Translations under genes and position numbers: made by a program
Source of the DNA: Octopus bimaculoides
Lineage: Eukaryota
Reading direction: 5' to 3'
NCBI RefSeq assembly: GCF_001194135.2
Contig: NC_068983.1
Coordinates: 116,983,085-117,016,924, forward strand
Length of the DNA stretch: 33,840 nucleotides
Part shown: positions 22,584-33,708 of the stretch, piece after piece
Layout: every line of letters starts with the position of its first letter
Position numbering within the stretch: position 1 is the stretch's first letter
Notes under the pieces: model-generated
What the model was told of the DNA's origin: nothing
What the model saw: the letters and a program-made list of their open reading frames with translations, nothing else
Databases searched by the model: none

Positions 22584-22641
<58 letters not shown>

Positions 22642-22681
22642 TAGATAGATAGATACATAGATACATACATACATACATACA

Positions 22682-22713
<32 letters not shown>

Positions 22714-22727
22714 CATATATATATATA
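22397..22727. repeat. (TA)n(GA)n, gap of 115 N (22469-22583), then (TA)n(GA)n(GATA)n(CATA)n
   Basis: Direct inspection. The same TA-GA order on both sides of the gap may be an assembly duplication. Confidence 0.95.
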
Positions 22728-22782
22728 TTTGAGAAAATGAATAGAAATGGCTTCTCTGATTATTTTTTCTAGTTTAATAATC

Positions 22783-24062
22783 ATGTTTATAAATTTACAA
22801 AAGGGTTTTACCTAAAAAAATGTGGCTTCTGTTTGACATTTGCTCGTCCTATCTGTTAATGGATACACAACCGCACGAACTTATCTTTTCTAATTCTCTT
22901 AAATCTTTTTCATTGCAATCTACCACCAACACTATTTACTCCATCTAACTTCTTCCCCGCCGAAATTCTCTCCGGATACCCCGATAAAGTGCTATCATTC
23001 CGCAAAGGTGAGGGTAGAAGTCCGGTTGGAAATAAAAAAATGAGTCCTGGTTTGTCGGATACGTGTAGAGCCGAGGTATGTTGACTGGTACGGGGCCCGC
23101 AAAGGGTGGTAACACAACCGATCGAGTTTATCCTTGATGAAAAGGGTGCCGCGTTTCTTTAAATTTACGGAGGAATCAATCCGAATCAGAGCTGTATAAC
23201 CGATGAAGTGGAAGGAGTTGAGGGAATAAGAGAATGGATTTGATATGTCTGTGGGTAGAGAGGAGAAATGGCAGAAACAGATGTTTGAGTCTGTTGATTT
23301 GTAGTGGACTCAGGTGGAGGTTGTCTGTAGTGATAGAGATATCTAGAGAGCTAACAGATGTGTCACATACATTAGAAGTGAGTTCTAGGGCATAGTGAAA
23401 CTAGTATCGGAGTTAAAGCGATTGTCTGTGAGTGTAGTCGCAATCTAGTTAGTGACAGTACAGTTCAGGTGTGAAACTAGTGAACTAGAAAAATATGTGC
23501 TTTCAGGTTATGCACAAAATGCTTGTGTAAGGTAAAGCTACCTTGGTACCTACAGCAACCTCACCAAATTATTGGTAAATTTCACCTGGAAAACAAGAAA
23601 CAATTTAGATTGAAGATGAACTAATTAAGATGGAATGGGGTAGTATATTTGGGTATGAATAAGGTTAGTAGTCTAGAGTGTGTTTAAGGGTGTATAAAAA
23701 ATCCACCGAAGAAATTATCGTGTAGGATGGTTTAATATTCATAGGGAGTAGACGTTGGAAATATCTTACCGATATAGAGAACAACAGGAAGTGGTTTGAG
23801 ACAGTATTCGTGTATTTATTCTGTGTTTCTGAGACGAAAATGCGGAATGATAGCAATTTATCGGAGTATCCGCAGAGAACTTCGGAGTGGGTGAAGTTAG
23901 AGGGAGTAAATAGCATTGGTAGTAAGTAGTAATGACGAAGAATTAAGCGAATTAGAAACGAAAAATTCGTGCAATCGTGTAGCTATTAACGGATAGGACA
24001 ACCAAATGTCCTACAAAAAGCAAATTTTTTGAGGTAAAACCTTTTTGTAAATAAATAAACAT
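22783..24062 (-). mobile_element. Rearranged Penelope-like element bounded by 222-bp inverted arms (22783-23004 / 23841-24062)
   Basis: Arms have 41 mismatches in 222 bp (about 82%), no indels. Minus strand 23050-23400 encodes SVSSLDISI, VHYKSTDSN and KSILLFPQLLPLHRLYSSDSD (PLE RT C-terminal YKPTD / IPYSQFLRLRR-like). 23665-23916 gives a weak GIY-YIG-like remnant (..EVLCGY..TVSNHF). Confidence 0.7.
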
Positions 24063-24122
24063 CTAATTATTAAAATGGAAAAATGATCAAAAGAGCCAAT
24101 ACTATTCATTTTTTCAAATATA

Positions 24123-25261
24123 TTGGGTTCGCAAGAAGTAATTTCATTTCTTTAGTGTGAAATAAAAGTAATTGTTTTTTCATACAAAGAATGAACTTTA
24201 ATCAATTGTATGTTTTCCATTTTGCTCGATGACCTTTTTCAAGCCTTCTGGCAACTCCATGATCCCGCGCTCATAGAACTTCTGGTCCTTATCAGCTTAA
24301 AACTGAAGCAAGTGCGATTTCAGGTCATCATTATTATTGAAAGTTTTGCCATACAGAGAATTTTGCAAACTTCAAAATAAATGGTAATTTGATGGGGAAG
24401 GTCAGGGCTATATGGTGGATGTGACATCACTTCCCAACCAAGTACCAAAAATTTTTAACCAGTTAGCAAAAGCGTGTGTGGTCTAGCGTTGTCGAGGAGA
24501 AACACGATCCCCCCTCGATTTGCCAATTCTGGCCGTTTTTCTTTGAATGCTTCCTCCAGTTTTATCAGTCGTCGACTCTAAACATCTGAATTGATTGTCT
24601 GGTTTCTTAGAAGCAGTTCAAAATACACAACACCGTTGTAATACCACCAAACTGACAACATAACCTTTTTTTGTTCATGCAATTCAGGCTTCGATGTGGT
24701 TTATGCTGGTTCATTATGCTTGGACCATGATCGTTTTCGATTGATGATATTGTGGATAATCAATTTTTCCTCAACAGTGATGATTCGTTTCACTTAAAGG
24801 TCGATTTCATTGCGTTTGAGATGCATATCGCAAATATTGAATCGTTGTGTTAAGTGAATCTTTTTCAAGTTACGTGGAACCCAGATATCGAGCTTCTTAA
24901 CAAGTCCAAGATATTTTGAGTGAAAAATCTCCAGAACGGAATTTTTAAACACTTTCTGACATGTGCGTTCTGTTAAGCAATCAACACCATACACTTCACA
25001 CATCTCTTTGTGAACCTCAGCAGCGTTCATGACTTTGCGGAAATGAAAAAGCAAAATATGGCGAAAATTTTCGTTTTTGCAGTCCATTTTAAAACTGACA
25101 CTGAACTAACAGCTTTAAACAATATTTCGCGTAATTTGCTAAAGTAAGCTAAAAGTAACTACTATCAAATGCCAAAAGGAAAGAAGTCATAACATTGACA
25201 CAAGTTTTTTTTTTAAAATCGTAACTCTGCGCAAAACGACATTACTTTCTTGACAACCCAA
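24123..25261 (-). mobile_element. Mariner relic, 1139 bp, both TIRs present; transposase pseudogene about 24198-25087 with internal deletion
   Basis: TIRs TTGGGTTCGCAAGAAGTAAT / TTGGGTTGTCAAGAAAGTAAT with TA at 24121-24122 and 25262-25263. MDCKNENFRHILL, WVPR, LDNARPH, HPPYSPDL; second HTH region deleted; third catalytic D appears mutated. Confidence 0.93.
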
Positions 25262-25300
25262 TATAATACTGTATCGAGGACTCTCTACTTCTCATTCTAC

Positions 25301-25320
25301 TATATATATATATATATATA
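25301..25320. repeat. (TA)10 microsatellite
   Basis: Direct inspection. Confidence 0.95.
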
Positions 25321-25360
25321 AATTAATTAACAGAAGATGGATTCAGTACAAAACCTTAAT

Positions 25361-25450
25361 TACGTGCAACGTTCGTTTCGACTCATCCTGCTATTGTCCA
25401 TTCAACATGTATTGCATGAATTTTGCAGTCTGGGTCTCATCAGGTAGATC
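25361..25450 (-). ncRNA. Hammerhead-like motif with intact core boxes and uncertain stem I
   Basis: CUGAUGA (25443-25437), stem II GACCCAGACUGC/GCAGGAUGAGUC around a structured insert, GAAAC (25379-25375), ACG/CGU stem III with GUA (25363-25361). Stem I does not pair cleanly. Confidence 0.4.
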
Positions 25451-25599
25451 GATAAAGTTCTGCCTCACTACACAGTTTTAGTGTCGTCTGCCTTGATGGG
25501 CACATAACAACAAGGCAGACTACACTAAAAATCTGTAGTGTGACTTGACTTTATCGATGTAACTGATAAAACCTAGACTGCAAAATCGATGCAATACAT
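25407..25599. repeat. Hairpin: 89-bp inverted arms (25407-25495 / 25511-25599), 15-nt loop
   Basis: Manual alignment gives 15 mismatches in 89 bp (83%), no indels. Confidence 0.95.
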
Positions 25600-25611
25600 T
25601 GGAGTCACACA

Positions 25612-26010
25612 CTTATTCTACAGGTGCTAAGACTACAGACCACCCTGAGATTAGGTGGTCTATAGTTTCAGTCTCATCGTTACAGAATCGGCATTTTGGG
25701 TCAGCTCCTTTTTTTTATCAAATTGGCTTGGTAGTTCCGGGTTAATTAGCTTTGGTCTTGAACAGCTAATATGAAACCTTTACTCTCTGCTTTTAGCCCT
25801 GAGCTTCGTAACCATTGATGCATGTGTTTCTGGTCGACATCAGCTTGTTTGCTACGGACCACATACTTGCCATGCAGAGGTTTCTGTTCCCATCTGCTAG
25901 CTAATTTGTCATGTGCTTTTGTCTTTGCAATTAATTTTAATTTCTTTGAAGCAGCAGTTGGCACATTTCCTTCTGAATATACTAGTATGTTCGCGTTTGT
26001 GATTCAGTAT
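25612..26010 (-). mobile_element. R4/Dong-like LINE fragment with CCHC zinc knuckle
   Basis: RWEQKPLHGKY..QWLRSSGLKAESKGFILAVQDQS, then TRNYQANLIKKGADPKCRFCNDETETIDHLISG. Confidence 0.88.
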
Positions 26011-28572
26011 TTGTAAACCTATATATATATATCATGAATGTGGAATAAATAAACAGAAAGTGATGAATAATGTAACTGAGAAAACTTAGTTTGTATGTGT
26101 ACACAATGAAGGACACACCGGTAGGACATGGGTAGTTAAGTAATGTGTGAATAGAGATTAATTAGAATCTATAAATACTTAAACTAAATAGCTGGTAATT
26201 TCTGAGAATATCAACAAATTAGTAATTGAATATTTCCAAAATGCCAAGACATAGGTAATTTTGATTAGAAATTCCGATAATAGAAGCATACCATTATTTT
26301 CTATGAGCTGAAAAAAGAAATTCTACAGGACTGAATTATACTTAAATTGGCTGATTTCTTAAGTTTGTCTTCATGAAATTGAACAAAGAAAGAGAATGCT
26401 TCCCATCATAGTGCACAGCACAAAGCTAACGGTTGACTAAAATATCATAGTCATCGTTACGTTTTCTGACTGCAACATAATAGCACAAATGAGTGGACCT
26501 TTAAAATCAGTGATGTTTAACTGAAGTGCTGAACCAGATATATACTCTTCAAACAAATGTCAATGCTATTCGGAAAATATTCATGAAGTAAACAAATAAA
26601 GTGATATAATTTCCAATGGATGACACACAAGAAACTAATTAGAGTAAAAGATAAAACGACTATAACAAGCAAACAGAAGAAAACACTGATATTATTTTCT
26701 AGGAAATATTTAGTTATGTAGATTCTTGAGCATAACTTCAATTTCACAGGCAAATATCACCGATTTGACTCTACTTCCAGTTGAAGATTTTTCATGAGAT
26801 CGCAAATTTAAAATATGTTACATTTTGTATATTCTTGCTTCAATTTAATTCATAGTGCATAGCTCGTTCCTGTTAATAATTTTCTATTTTCAGAAGATAT
26901 AAAATTATTATATATAATGGCGGTTATCTATCAATATCAATTTACCTTTTTCAAATATGTGATGGGCGAGTATCCTGCCATTAGTGAGATTGAACTAGTA
27001 ATATGATTACAGAACGTATACCTTTGCTTCCTTATCATAAGTTACATCTATATTCCTTTTGACGTCATTACACTTCCTCACATTCCCTCCCCTTGACCCA
27101 CGCAGTAATTTTCTTCATGAAATATTACTACCACAGATTTGTTTACGGAAAAAAAGCTTACTTCTAATGGAAATTTATGCAGAAATCAGCAAAATATTTC
27201 TGTCAGCTTCCAGTCGGGCATTACACTACACAGAATTACTGATATGAAATCTGACACTTTGCACTGTGTTATATGTCACGTATCATATCAACGCTAAATA
27301 CTCCATTTCTTACTACAAACGATTTCCGACATCGTTTATAGGCAAAATCGAAACTCCGTATATGACAATTTACAATATGTAAAATGTTAACGTACGTGCG
27401 AAAAATAATTGTCACTATGAATAAATTGAAGATGCAAAAAGGAGAAGAGCTTATCCAGTGCGAAACCAAAAATTCAATTTTTTGGCATTAAAATATGTAA
27501 CACGTTTATAATATTTATTGTATTTCATTTTATTAGGCCAGGTGATGATGTGCTGATTGACGACCGCAAAAGCCTTGAAATGAATTGAATTTTGCATTTT
27601 AGTTGGAATAAGAAAATAAAAATCTAGTGGAAATTGTTACCAGCTCTCAAAGATGAAACACTATTTTCAGAATTTAGAAATTAGTTTCACAGAAAATTCA
27701 ATTGTCATGTTTAGGATGAGAATCTATTCTTTGTTGGCCAACAGGATGACAGTTAATGACATGTTTCCTATAAACATGAACGTTCGTTAAGTTATCTCCC
27801 AATTTTGAGAGTCGCTTCCAATTGTTAGAATTTTGCATGTTTTCACCATCTAAACAAAATATTCAGTTTGCGGGGAATGTTTAGCGAATGTCTTCAGCAT
27901 CATTTCTGTGGATTATCTAAATTCATAGCATTAATCCACTTATTTTATTTCCCCAAACTATTTTCTCTGATTGAGCGGATGCTACTGACAGTCAAAATTA
28001 TACACTACTCATTTTCCAATCCTTGTAACTATTTCTTTCATTGCTCAAAAGATTGTGAAGAGATTGCTTCGCAGATGAGGTTTGGTGAAAGTATTTGTAA
28101 CCTTCCTTTCTAACAAGCATCGGATTTTACTTTAAAGCACGAAAAATCAATGTTTTCTAAATTTATAACTTAATTTCGTGAAATTTCCTTCATTTTGGGA
28201 AACGTTAATAACTGCCACACAGTTTTTGGCTTGCGACTCCAAATGTTACTTCATTCAAATTCAGAACACCACTAACTACATTAATTATTTAAATTCATGA
28301 TACTGAACCCACATTTTGTAATTTAACACATTTAAAAAAATTTATGGCTCAAAAGGTTTGGCCATATACAAGAAATCAATGGCATCAATGTTTTCTTGAA
28401 CATACACTGAATGCTTAACAGATGAAAGAAAACTGTTCAACTTGATAATATTTAATTATGCTTTGAATAAGATGATAGCTTTTCATTTCACTGCTTAATA
28501 AAGTAAAATAGATGTAATAATTATAATACCTAATTAACTAGTTTTCTCTTATATAACTAACTTTATATAATA

Positions 28573-28857
28573 CAACGAGTGTTCCAGTTGATCCGATCAG
28601 CTGAACAGCCCGCTCGTGAAATTAATGTGTAAGTGGCTTAGCACACTACAGACACACGTAATATTAACGTTGTTGTGAGGAACACACAAAATGTGACAAG
28701 GCTGGCCCTTAGAATTAGAGAAACAACTCATATTTTTCACCTGAGTGGACTGGAGTAATGTGAAATAAAGTGTCTTGCTCAAGGTCACCACGCGCCGCCA
28801 GGAATAAACTCATGACACTACGATCGTCAGGCTATTACCCTAACCATTAAACCATAC
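28573..28857 (-). mobile_element. Degraded tRNA-derived SINE related to family C, with CORE-like segment
   Basis: TTCCAGTTGATCCGATC..AACAGCC.GCTCGTGAAATTAA shared with 7377-7417; GTGTCTTGCTCAAGG; decayed tRNA head at the right end. Confidence 0.8.
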
Positions 28858-28993
28858 AATCAACTTTCTTTTATATGAGCAATAATGAAATGAATATATT
28901 TTGTTCAAAAGAGATACATTGCCACAGTGATTAACTATTACACTTTATAACGTCGAATTTACAGTAACTTTCAGTAAATTGAATAAAGACTTA

Positions 28994-29120
28994 CGTATGT
29001 ATATAAATATGTATGTATGCATGTATGTATGTATGTATGTATGTATGTATGTATGTATGTATGTATGTATGTGTATGTATGCATGTGTGTGTGTATGTAT
29101 GTAGTATGTATGTTTGTATG
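28994..29120. repeat. (TATG)n tetranucleotide array
   Basis: Direct inspection. Confidence 0.95.
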
Positions 29121-29399
29121 TCTATATCGGACTCTTCCATCGAAGATGACGTATAAGTGTTCAGCGAGAAGACAAAAAACAATTCGACAAGGAATCACGT
29201 AATAACATCAGGAAACCATACCGACACACAGCATATACTATACACAACACACTCACACTATTTTTATCACTGTTCACCAATATTTACAATCCATTCACTG
29301 CACTTGGTGACTCCTCACGAGAGTCCTCAGGCCACAAAATGATTATTGATACTAGCATGACTTATTAAAACAGCAAGTGATCAAGCCGAGAAATCACAA

Positions 29400-31300
29400 T
29401 GTTGACAATGGTTGTGTGCCGCAAGACTTGTTCTGTTAATTTATTTTCCTATTTTCCCATAACTGATCCTATTGAAGTAACCTTTGAGTTTAGGAATTTT
29501 GAAGCTAGGAAAAGCACTCTCTCCTTCAGTTTGCACGATTTCTCGCAAGGTTATCAATGTTTTCTTTTCTAACATTAAAGTCATTTCAAATTATCTCTAA
29601 GTTTATCCTTGTATCGTAGAAGTAGGCGTTCTACATTACGTCCTGAATTTACAAGCTGACCATAAAAAAATTTCTTGGTATTTGACTATCATCCATGTGA
29701 ATTATGTGTTCACACTATCGCATCTGAGACTTGATTAAATAAAGCCTCTATTCTTGGTATTCCACACATTTCCAGGATAGTACTATTCTTTACTCTATCA
29801 TCCGACTCAACCTTGCATATTTGCCCAAAACATCTCAAATGAAAGCTTTTCAGTTGACTGATGTGCTTATGTTAAGGTGTCCAGGTCTCTGTTCAATATA
29901 AGAGAGCTGTTAGTATAACTTATACACATCTATTTTTGTTCTTGATGAGACGTCACGAGCATTCCAAACTCGACCATAAAGTTTCCCAAAATCTGTACTT
30001 GTCTTTCCATTACGAGTTTGGACCCCCTATCGAGTTTAGCATCGCTTTTACTGTAGAATCTATAGAATCTCAGCGTGTGAAACTATCAACTGTTTGCAAA
30101 GCTTTGCGTTCAACAACGCGCTGGGCAAGATTTCTGGGTTGTTAATAGGACGTGGCTGAAACAACTTTCAGTCTTTTTATGCTGATAGTTAAGCCGAATG
30201 ATTTGGCTGATACTGCAAATTTATCAATGATGAGGTGCATGTCTTCGACTGTATGGGTAACTGGGATATAATCATATGCAAACAACAGTGTCTTATTGTC
30301 TGAGATACAACTTTAGCCCTTGCTTTAAAATATTGTTGATTGGAAGATTTCACCCATTGTCCTATATTCAAGAAACACGTCCTCTTCTTCATCAGAAAAG
30401 GCACAATCCAGCATTATTGTAAAATATAGTGCAAATAATGCTGGTGCCAAAACGCAACCTCCTTTTGTACCACTTTTAATGTCAAAAGGCTGAGATTGTC
30501 AGCCATTTAAGAGAACAGACGCCTTCATATCTTTATGTAGGGACACTATGACATTTACCACTTGTTCGGAAACCCCGAGCTTTTCTAATACTTTCCATAA
30601 AGTCTACTGGCGTACAATCAAAGGTTTTAGGAAGGTCAACAAATACCACATAGAGGTCTTTATTGTGCTCCTGCACCTTCACTTGAACTTGCCGCAAACT
30701 TCATATTATGGCCGCTGTCCCTCTACCTGAGCGAAATTCACACTGACTCTCTGAATAGACAGAACCGATTAAGTATGTGTTAATTCTGCTTAAGATGATC
30801 GTAGAGAGGATTTTCTTTGCATCAGAAAGCAATGATATGTCACAATGATTGTCACATTTACACTTATTACCTTTATATTTATATAGATTTACAATCATTA
30901 CATCTTTAGATTATTGAGAAGCAGTGTTCCTATTTACCACATTTGGAATATAAGCTCTGTCAGTTTATCAAACAATTACCCCCACATTTAAAAATTCCTC
31001 CAGGAATATTATACTCTTCCAGAGCTTTTCTAGTTTTCAATTGTTTTAGAGCCATTTTCACTTCATTCAAATATGGATCTACTGATTGAGCTCATGCTTT
31101 CATGTGTATATCTATTGAATACATCTTAAAAATATTTTACTTAAACTTTCAGTGTTTTGTTCGATCTGTCAGAAGATTCTGTTCTGTAGAAAGAACAGGA
31201 AAGCACCCTTGTTTTATTTAGAACAAATGTTCACTTAAAATTTTGATAAAGACCATTTATGTGATATTTGTGAGCTGATTCTTTCAGGGCTTTAAGAATT
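29400..31300 (-). mobile_element. Decayed RTE-clade LINE (RT domain and C-terminus); may extend to about 31900
   Basis: EVKMALKQLK..KA..IP..IFKCG, IVNLYKYKGNKCKCDNHCDISLLSDAKKIL..SESQCEFRSGRGT, FVDL.KAFD, LLY*TETWT..LKSFHLRC, LRYKDKLRDNL; many stops and frameshifts. Confidence 0.85.
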
Positions 31301-31959
31301 TGTTCTCACAACTGTTGCTTCATTTTTCTGAGTCTAATCTGAATGAAGTTTTTGTGGACGTGTAACGCTTTTTCTTTCTAGCAATGTTCTTATCGGCAAT
31401 CAATTAATTGTGAAGTTTTTACATTTCATCAAGCTGTTTATTTATAACCTCATTCTCGCCAATCTAGTCTTGGTTTTTTACAGCATGAAAACCCAAGAAA
31501 TTCTCTGGATGATTCAGAAATAATATCTCTAAGTTAATGGTCAAGAATCTTCTATGTTTGTCGTGATTCTAAAATTATATAACTTTTCGTCAGATGGCTG
31601 AGAGAGAATATTTTTGTTGTTATCTACTTTGAGTACTGAAGTATCAAGTATCCTTGTAATGTTTGAACGATTTTGTATTATGATCGGCTTTGGTTTCATT
31701 TTTATTTTACTACAAAACATCGCATTGACAGACCAGCATTCTGACTTATAGAAAGAACGTCTTAATTTAACATTATTTCTATCTAGGCTTCAGACAACCA
31801 CATTGTCAATCAAGTAACCATATCCTAATCTAGGATGATACTAAGTTATTTTGTTTTTTATGGGACTGTTGAAATTGTGCACAGGGTAAAGAAAGTTCAA
31901 TTCACTGCAAAAAGATAGTAACAGGAGTCAACTTCAGTTTATTTTGCCAAGACCATGCT

Positions 31960-32160
31960 TAGTAAGAATATTTGTTCTATATTTAACAGATGAGGAATTA
32001 TGTATATTATTTATATTATTTATATTAGTTACATTTGACGGATATTTGTTCTCATCTTGTTTGTTGCTAACATAACGTTTTGACTGATATACCCTCCAGC
32101 CTTCATCAAGTGTCTTGGGGAAATTTCGTACTTGGGTTCTCATTCGAAAGGTATTTTTCG
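31960..32160 (-). mobile_element. Short PLE-type terminal repeat containing a degenerate minimal hammerhead (32069-32114)
   Basis: Minus strand GACAC-TTGATGA-A-GGCTG-GAGGGTATAT-CAGTC-AAAAC-GTT-ATGTT. Source of spurious ORF 31934..32143. Confidence 0.6.
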
Positions 32161-32162
32161 AT

Positions 32163-32218
32163 GCTGTTGTTGTTGTTATTATTGTTGTTGTTGTTGTTGT
32201 TGTTGTTATTATTATAAT
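32163..32218. repeat. (GTT)n/(ATT)n array
   Basis: Direct inspection. Confidence 0.9.
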
Positions 32219-32552
32219 TGTTCAGTAGTTTTATTTTTATAATGTGCTTTCACTTCACTACCGAGCGCAGCTCTGTGCGCCATGGGTATGTGCTGTGGTT
32301 TGCTGTGGTGTTCTTATGGTTACTGTATTGAAAGTATTTTGCGTAGGATGTGTGCAGTGCCCAGTAGTGCAATTTTCTGTATGTTATATATATTTGTAAG
32401 TCCTGGTGTTTTTGTTATGTATTTGTCTGAATATTTTTTTATTATACCTAAGGCACATACTATGATAGGAATTGTTTCTGTTTTTAGATTCCACATTCGA
32501 GTTACCTCTATTTCCAAGTCTTTGTATTTTGAAAGTTTTTCCATTTCTTTTA
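32219..32552 (-). mobile_element. 5'-truncated R4/Dong-like LINE 3' end
   Basis: MEKLSKYKDLEIEVTRMWNLKTETIPIIVCALG..IALLGTAHILRK (RLE C-terminus); 3' UTR near-identical to 33705-33840; flanked on both sides by TAA-type repeats. Confidence 0.9.
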
Positions 32553-32553
32553 G

Positions 32554-32564
32554 CGAAACGTTAA

Positions 32565-32636
<72 letters not shown>

Positions 32637-32640
32637 ATTA
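32554..32640. repeat. (ATT)n array
   Basis: Direct inspection. Confidence 0.97.
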
Positions 32641-32710
32641 TTCAGGTCACTGCTCGAAATCGAACTCGGAATCTTTGGGTTAGTAGCCCGCGCTCTTAAC
32701 CACTGCGTCA
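32641..32710 (-). mobile_element. Very short tRNA-derived SINE (about 70 bp) with (TAA)n tail
   Basis: Reverse complement GCAGTGGTTAAGAGCGCGGG-CTACTAA-CCC..GAGTTCGATTTC..GTGACCTGAA(TAA)n: A box, anticodon-like loop, B box, no acceptor stem. Confidence 0.7.
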
Positions 32711-32724
32711 GGAAAGAAAGAGAA

Positions 32725-33440
32725 CCCACCTCATCAACAAGATATTATAACAATTTTGATGACCGCATAAATGGTAAACAGAACGCTATTAAGTATTTTT
32801 AAATAACCGTTAGTAGATCTGACGTCAAAGGTAGACCGTAGGAAGAGAAAGGGTAAAGAAATAATAAATAGAGAACAAATAATGGAGAAATATAAAGGGA
32901 TATGTTGTTTGAAAAAATGTTCAAAGGCTTGGAAGTAGATTTCTTTATTAAAATAAAGTGCAAGGTGAACTAAATATTCAAACTATACAGACTGGTATAA
33001 ATCACTTGTATGAGCCAAAGGTGTGTTTCTGCTAATGCTTACATCTGTTAGATCGCTCTATAAGCGTGTTAACAAGGTAATTCTTGGAGAAGAGAATATG
33101 GAAGAGCTCAGAGTTGCAAATGTTACATAATCGTTTGCCCTTGTCATAAAGGAAAGAGACGGACAGGATGAACCAATCTAAATTAAAATCCTTATTGTTG
33201 TCTTTAAGAAACCAAACCAATTTACTAAGTTTGCTAAGCCTTGTGCAATTGCGTTTACTGCTATCCCTAAATGAAGAATAATGATTGGAAATTCTCTTAG
33301 ATAACTGGGAAGAGGAAGCGCCAATATAGAAATTAGCATCGGTACCGGAAGTAATTTTACATTGGTGTATAGAATTTTTAATCTTAGAATTCTTAGACAT
33401 AAATTTAATTCTGTTGGGGTTGTCCTCAGAGACCAAAACT
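32725..33440 (-). mobile_element. Penelope-like element 3' fragment: GIY-YIG endonuclease (33436 to about 33007) plus terminal repeat
   Basis: SIHQCKI..FYIGASS..KRISNHYSSF..LSKLVW.LKD..W.IL..LCNICNSE..IL..LVN..E..RCKH; premature TAG after CKH. Downstream TTGATGAG (32737-32730), a decayed hammerhead box 1, is cut by the SINE. Confidence 0.82.
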
Positions 33441-33444
33441 ATGT

Positions 33445-33496
33445 TGCTGTTGTTGTTGTTGTTGTTGTTATTATTAATAGTATTATTATTATTATT
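33445..33496. repeat. (GTT)n/(ATT)n array
   Basis: Direct inspection. Confidence 0.9.
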
Positions 33497-33656
33497 TTAT
33501 GTTTGACTTTTGCTTTGCATTTGTACAAGTTGGATCCAAGTCTCACCCAGAGACCTCAAGAGACAACAAGTTAGAAGTTCATGCAGGTGTTATGCCTAGG
33601 GTACCATATATTTGGATTTGTACATAGTGTTGTTATAGAGAATGTTTAAGAAACCA
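33497..33656 (-). mobile_element. Probable 3' end of a second RLE-LINE subfamily between two TAA arrays
   Basis: GC-richer block ending (minus strand) in ..GCAAAGCAAAAGTCAAACATAAAA(TAA)n. Assignment rests on architecture and recollection only. Confidence 0.45.
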
Positions 33657-33664
33657 TATTATTA

Positions 33665-33704
<40 letters not shown>
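33657..33704. repeat. (ATT)n array
   Basis: Direct inspection. Confidence 0.95.

Positions 33705-33708
<4 letters not shown>

Noticed and set aside
22339-22784. ORFs spanning the second large gap
   Set aside because: Microsatellite plus N artefacts.
25628-25684. Hammerhead-like string on the minus strand (CGATGA-GACT-GAAAC, 13-bp stem, GUC)
   Set aside because: Box 1 lacks U4 and stem II is absent. The sequence is in-frame LINE coding DNA (CRFCNDETETIDHLISG zinc knuckle), so the resemblance is coincidental.
27530-28450. Possible very old Tc1-like relic
   Set aside because: Only vague similarity; no TIRs or catalytic motifs could be supported.
29125-29185. GAAGATGA..-like string resembling a CUGAAGA hammerhead
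   Set aside because: No complete box 1, no GAAAC and no pairable stems.
32641-32710. Functional tRNA gene (ACT anticodon-like loop)
   Set aside because: No acceptor stem, a broken anticodon stem and a (TAA)n tail; better explained as a SINE.
32820-32827. Second perfect CRE (TGACGTCA)
   Set aside because: Lies inside the PLE terminal repeat; no evidence of host regulatory use.
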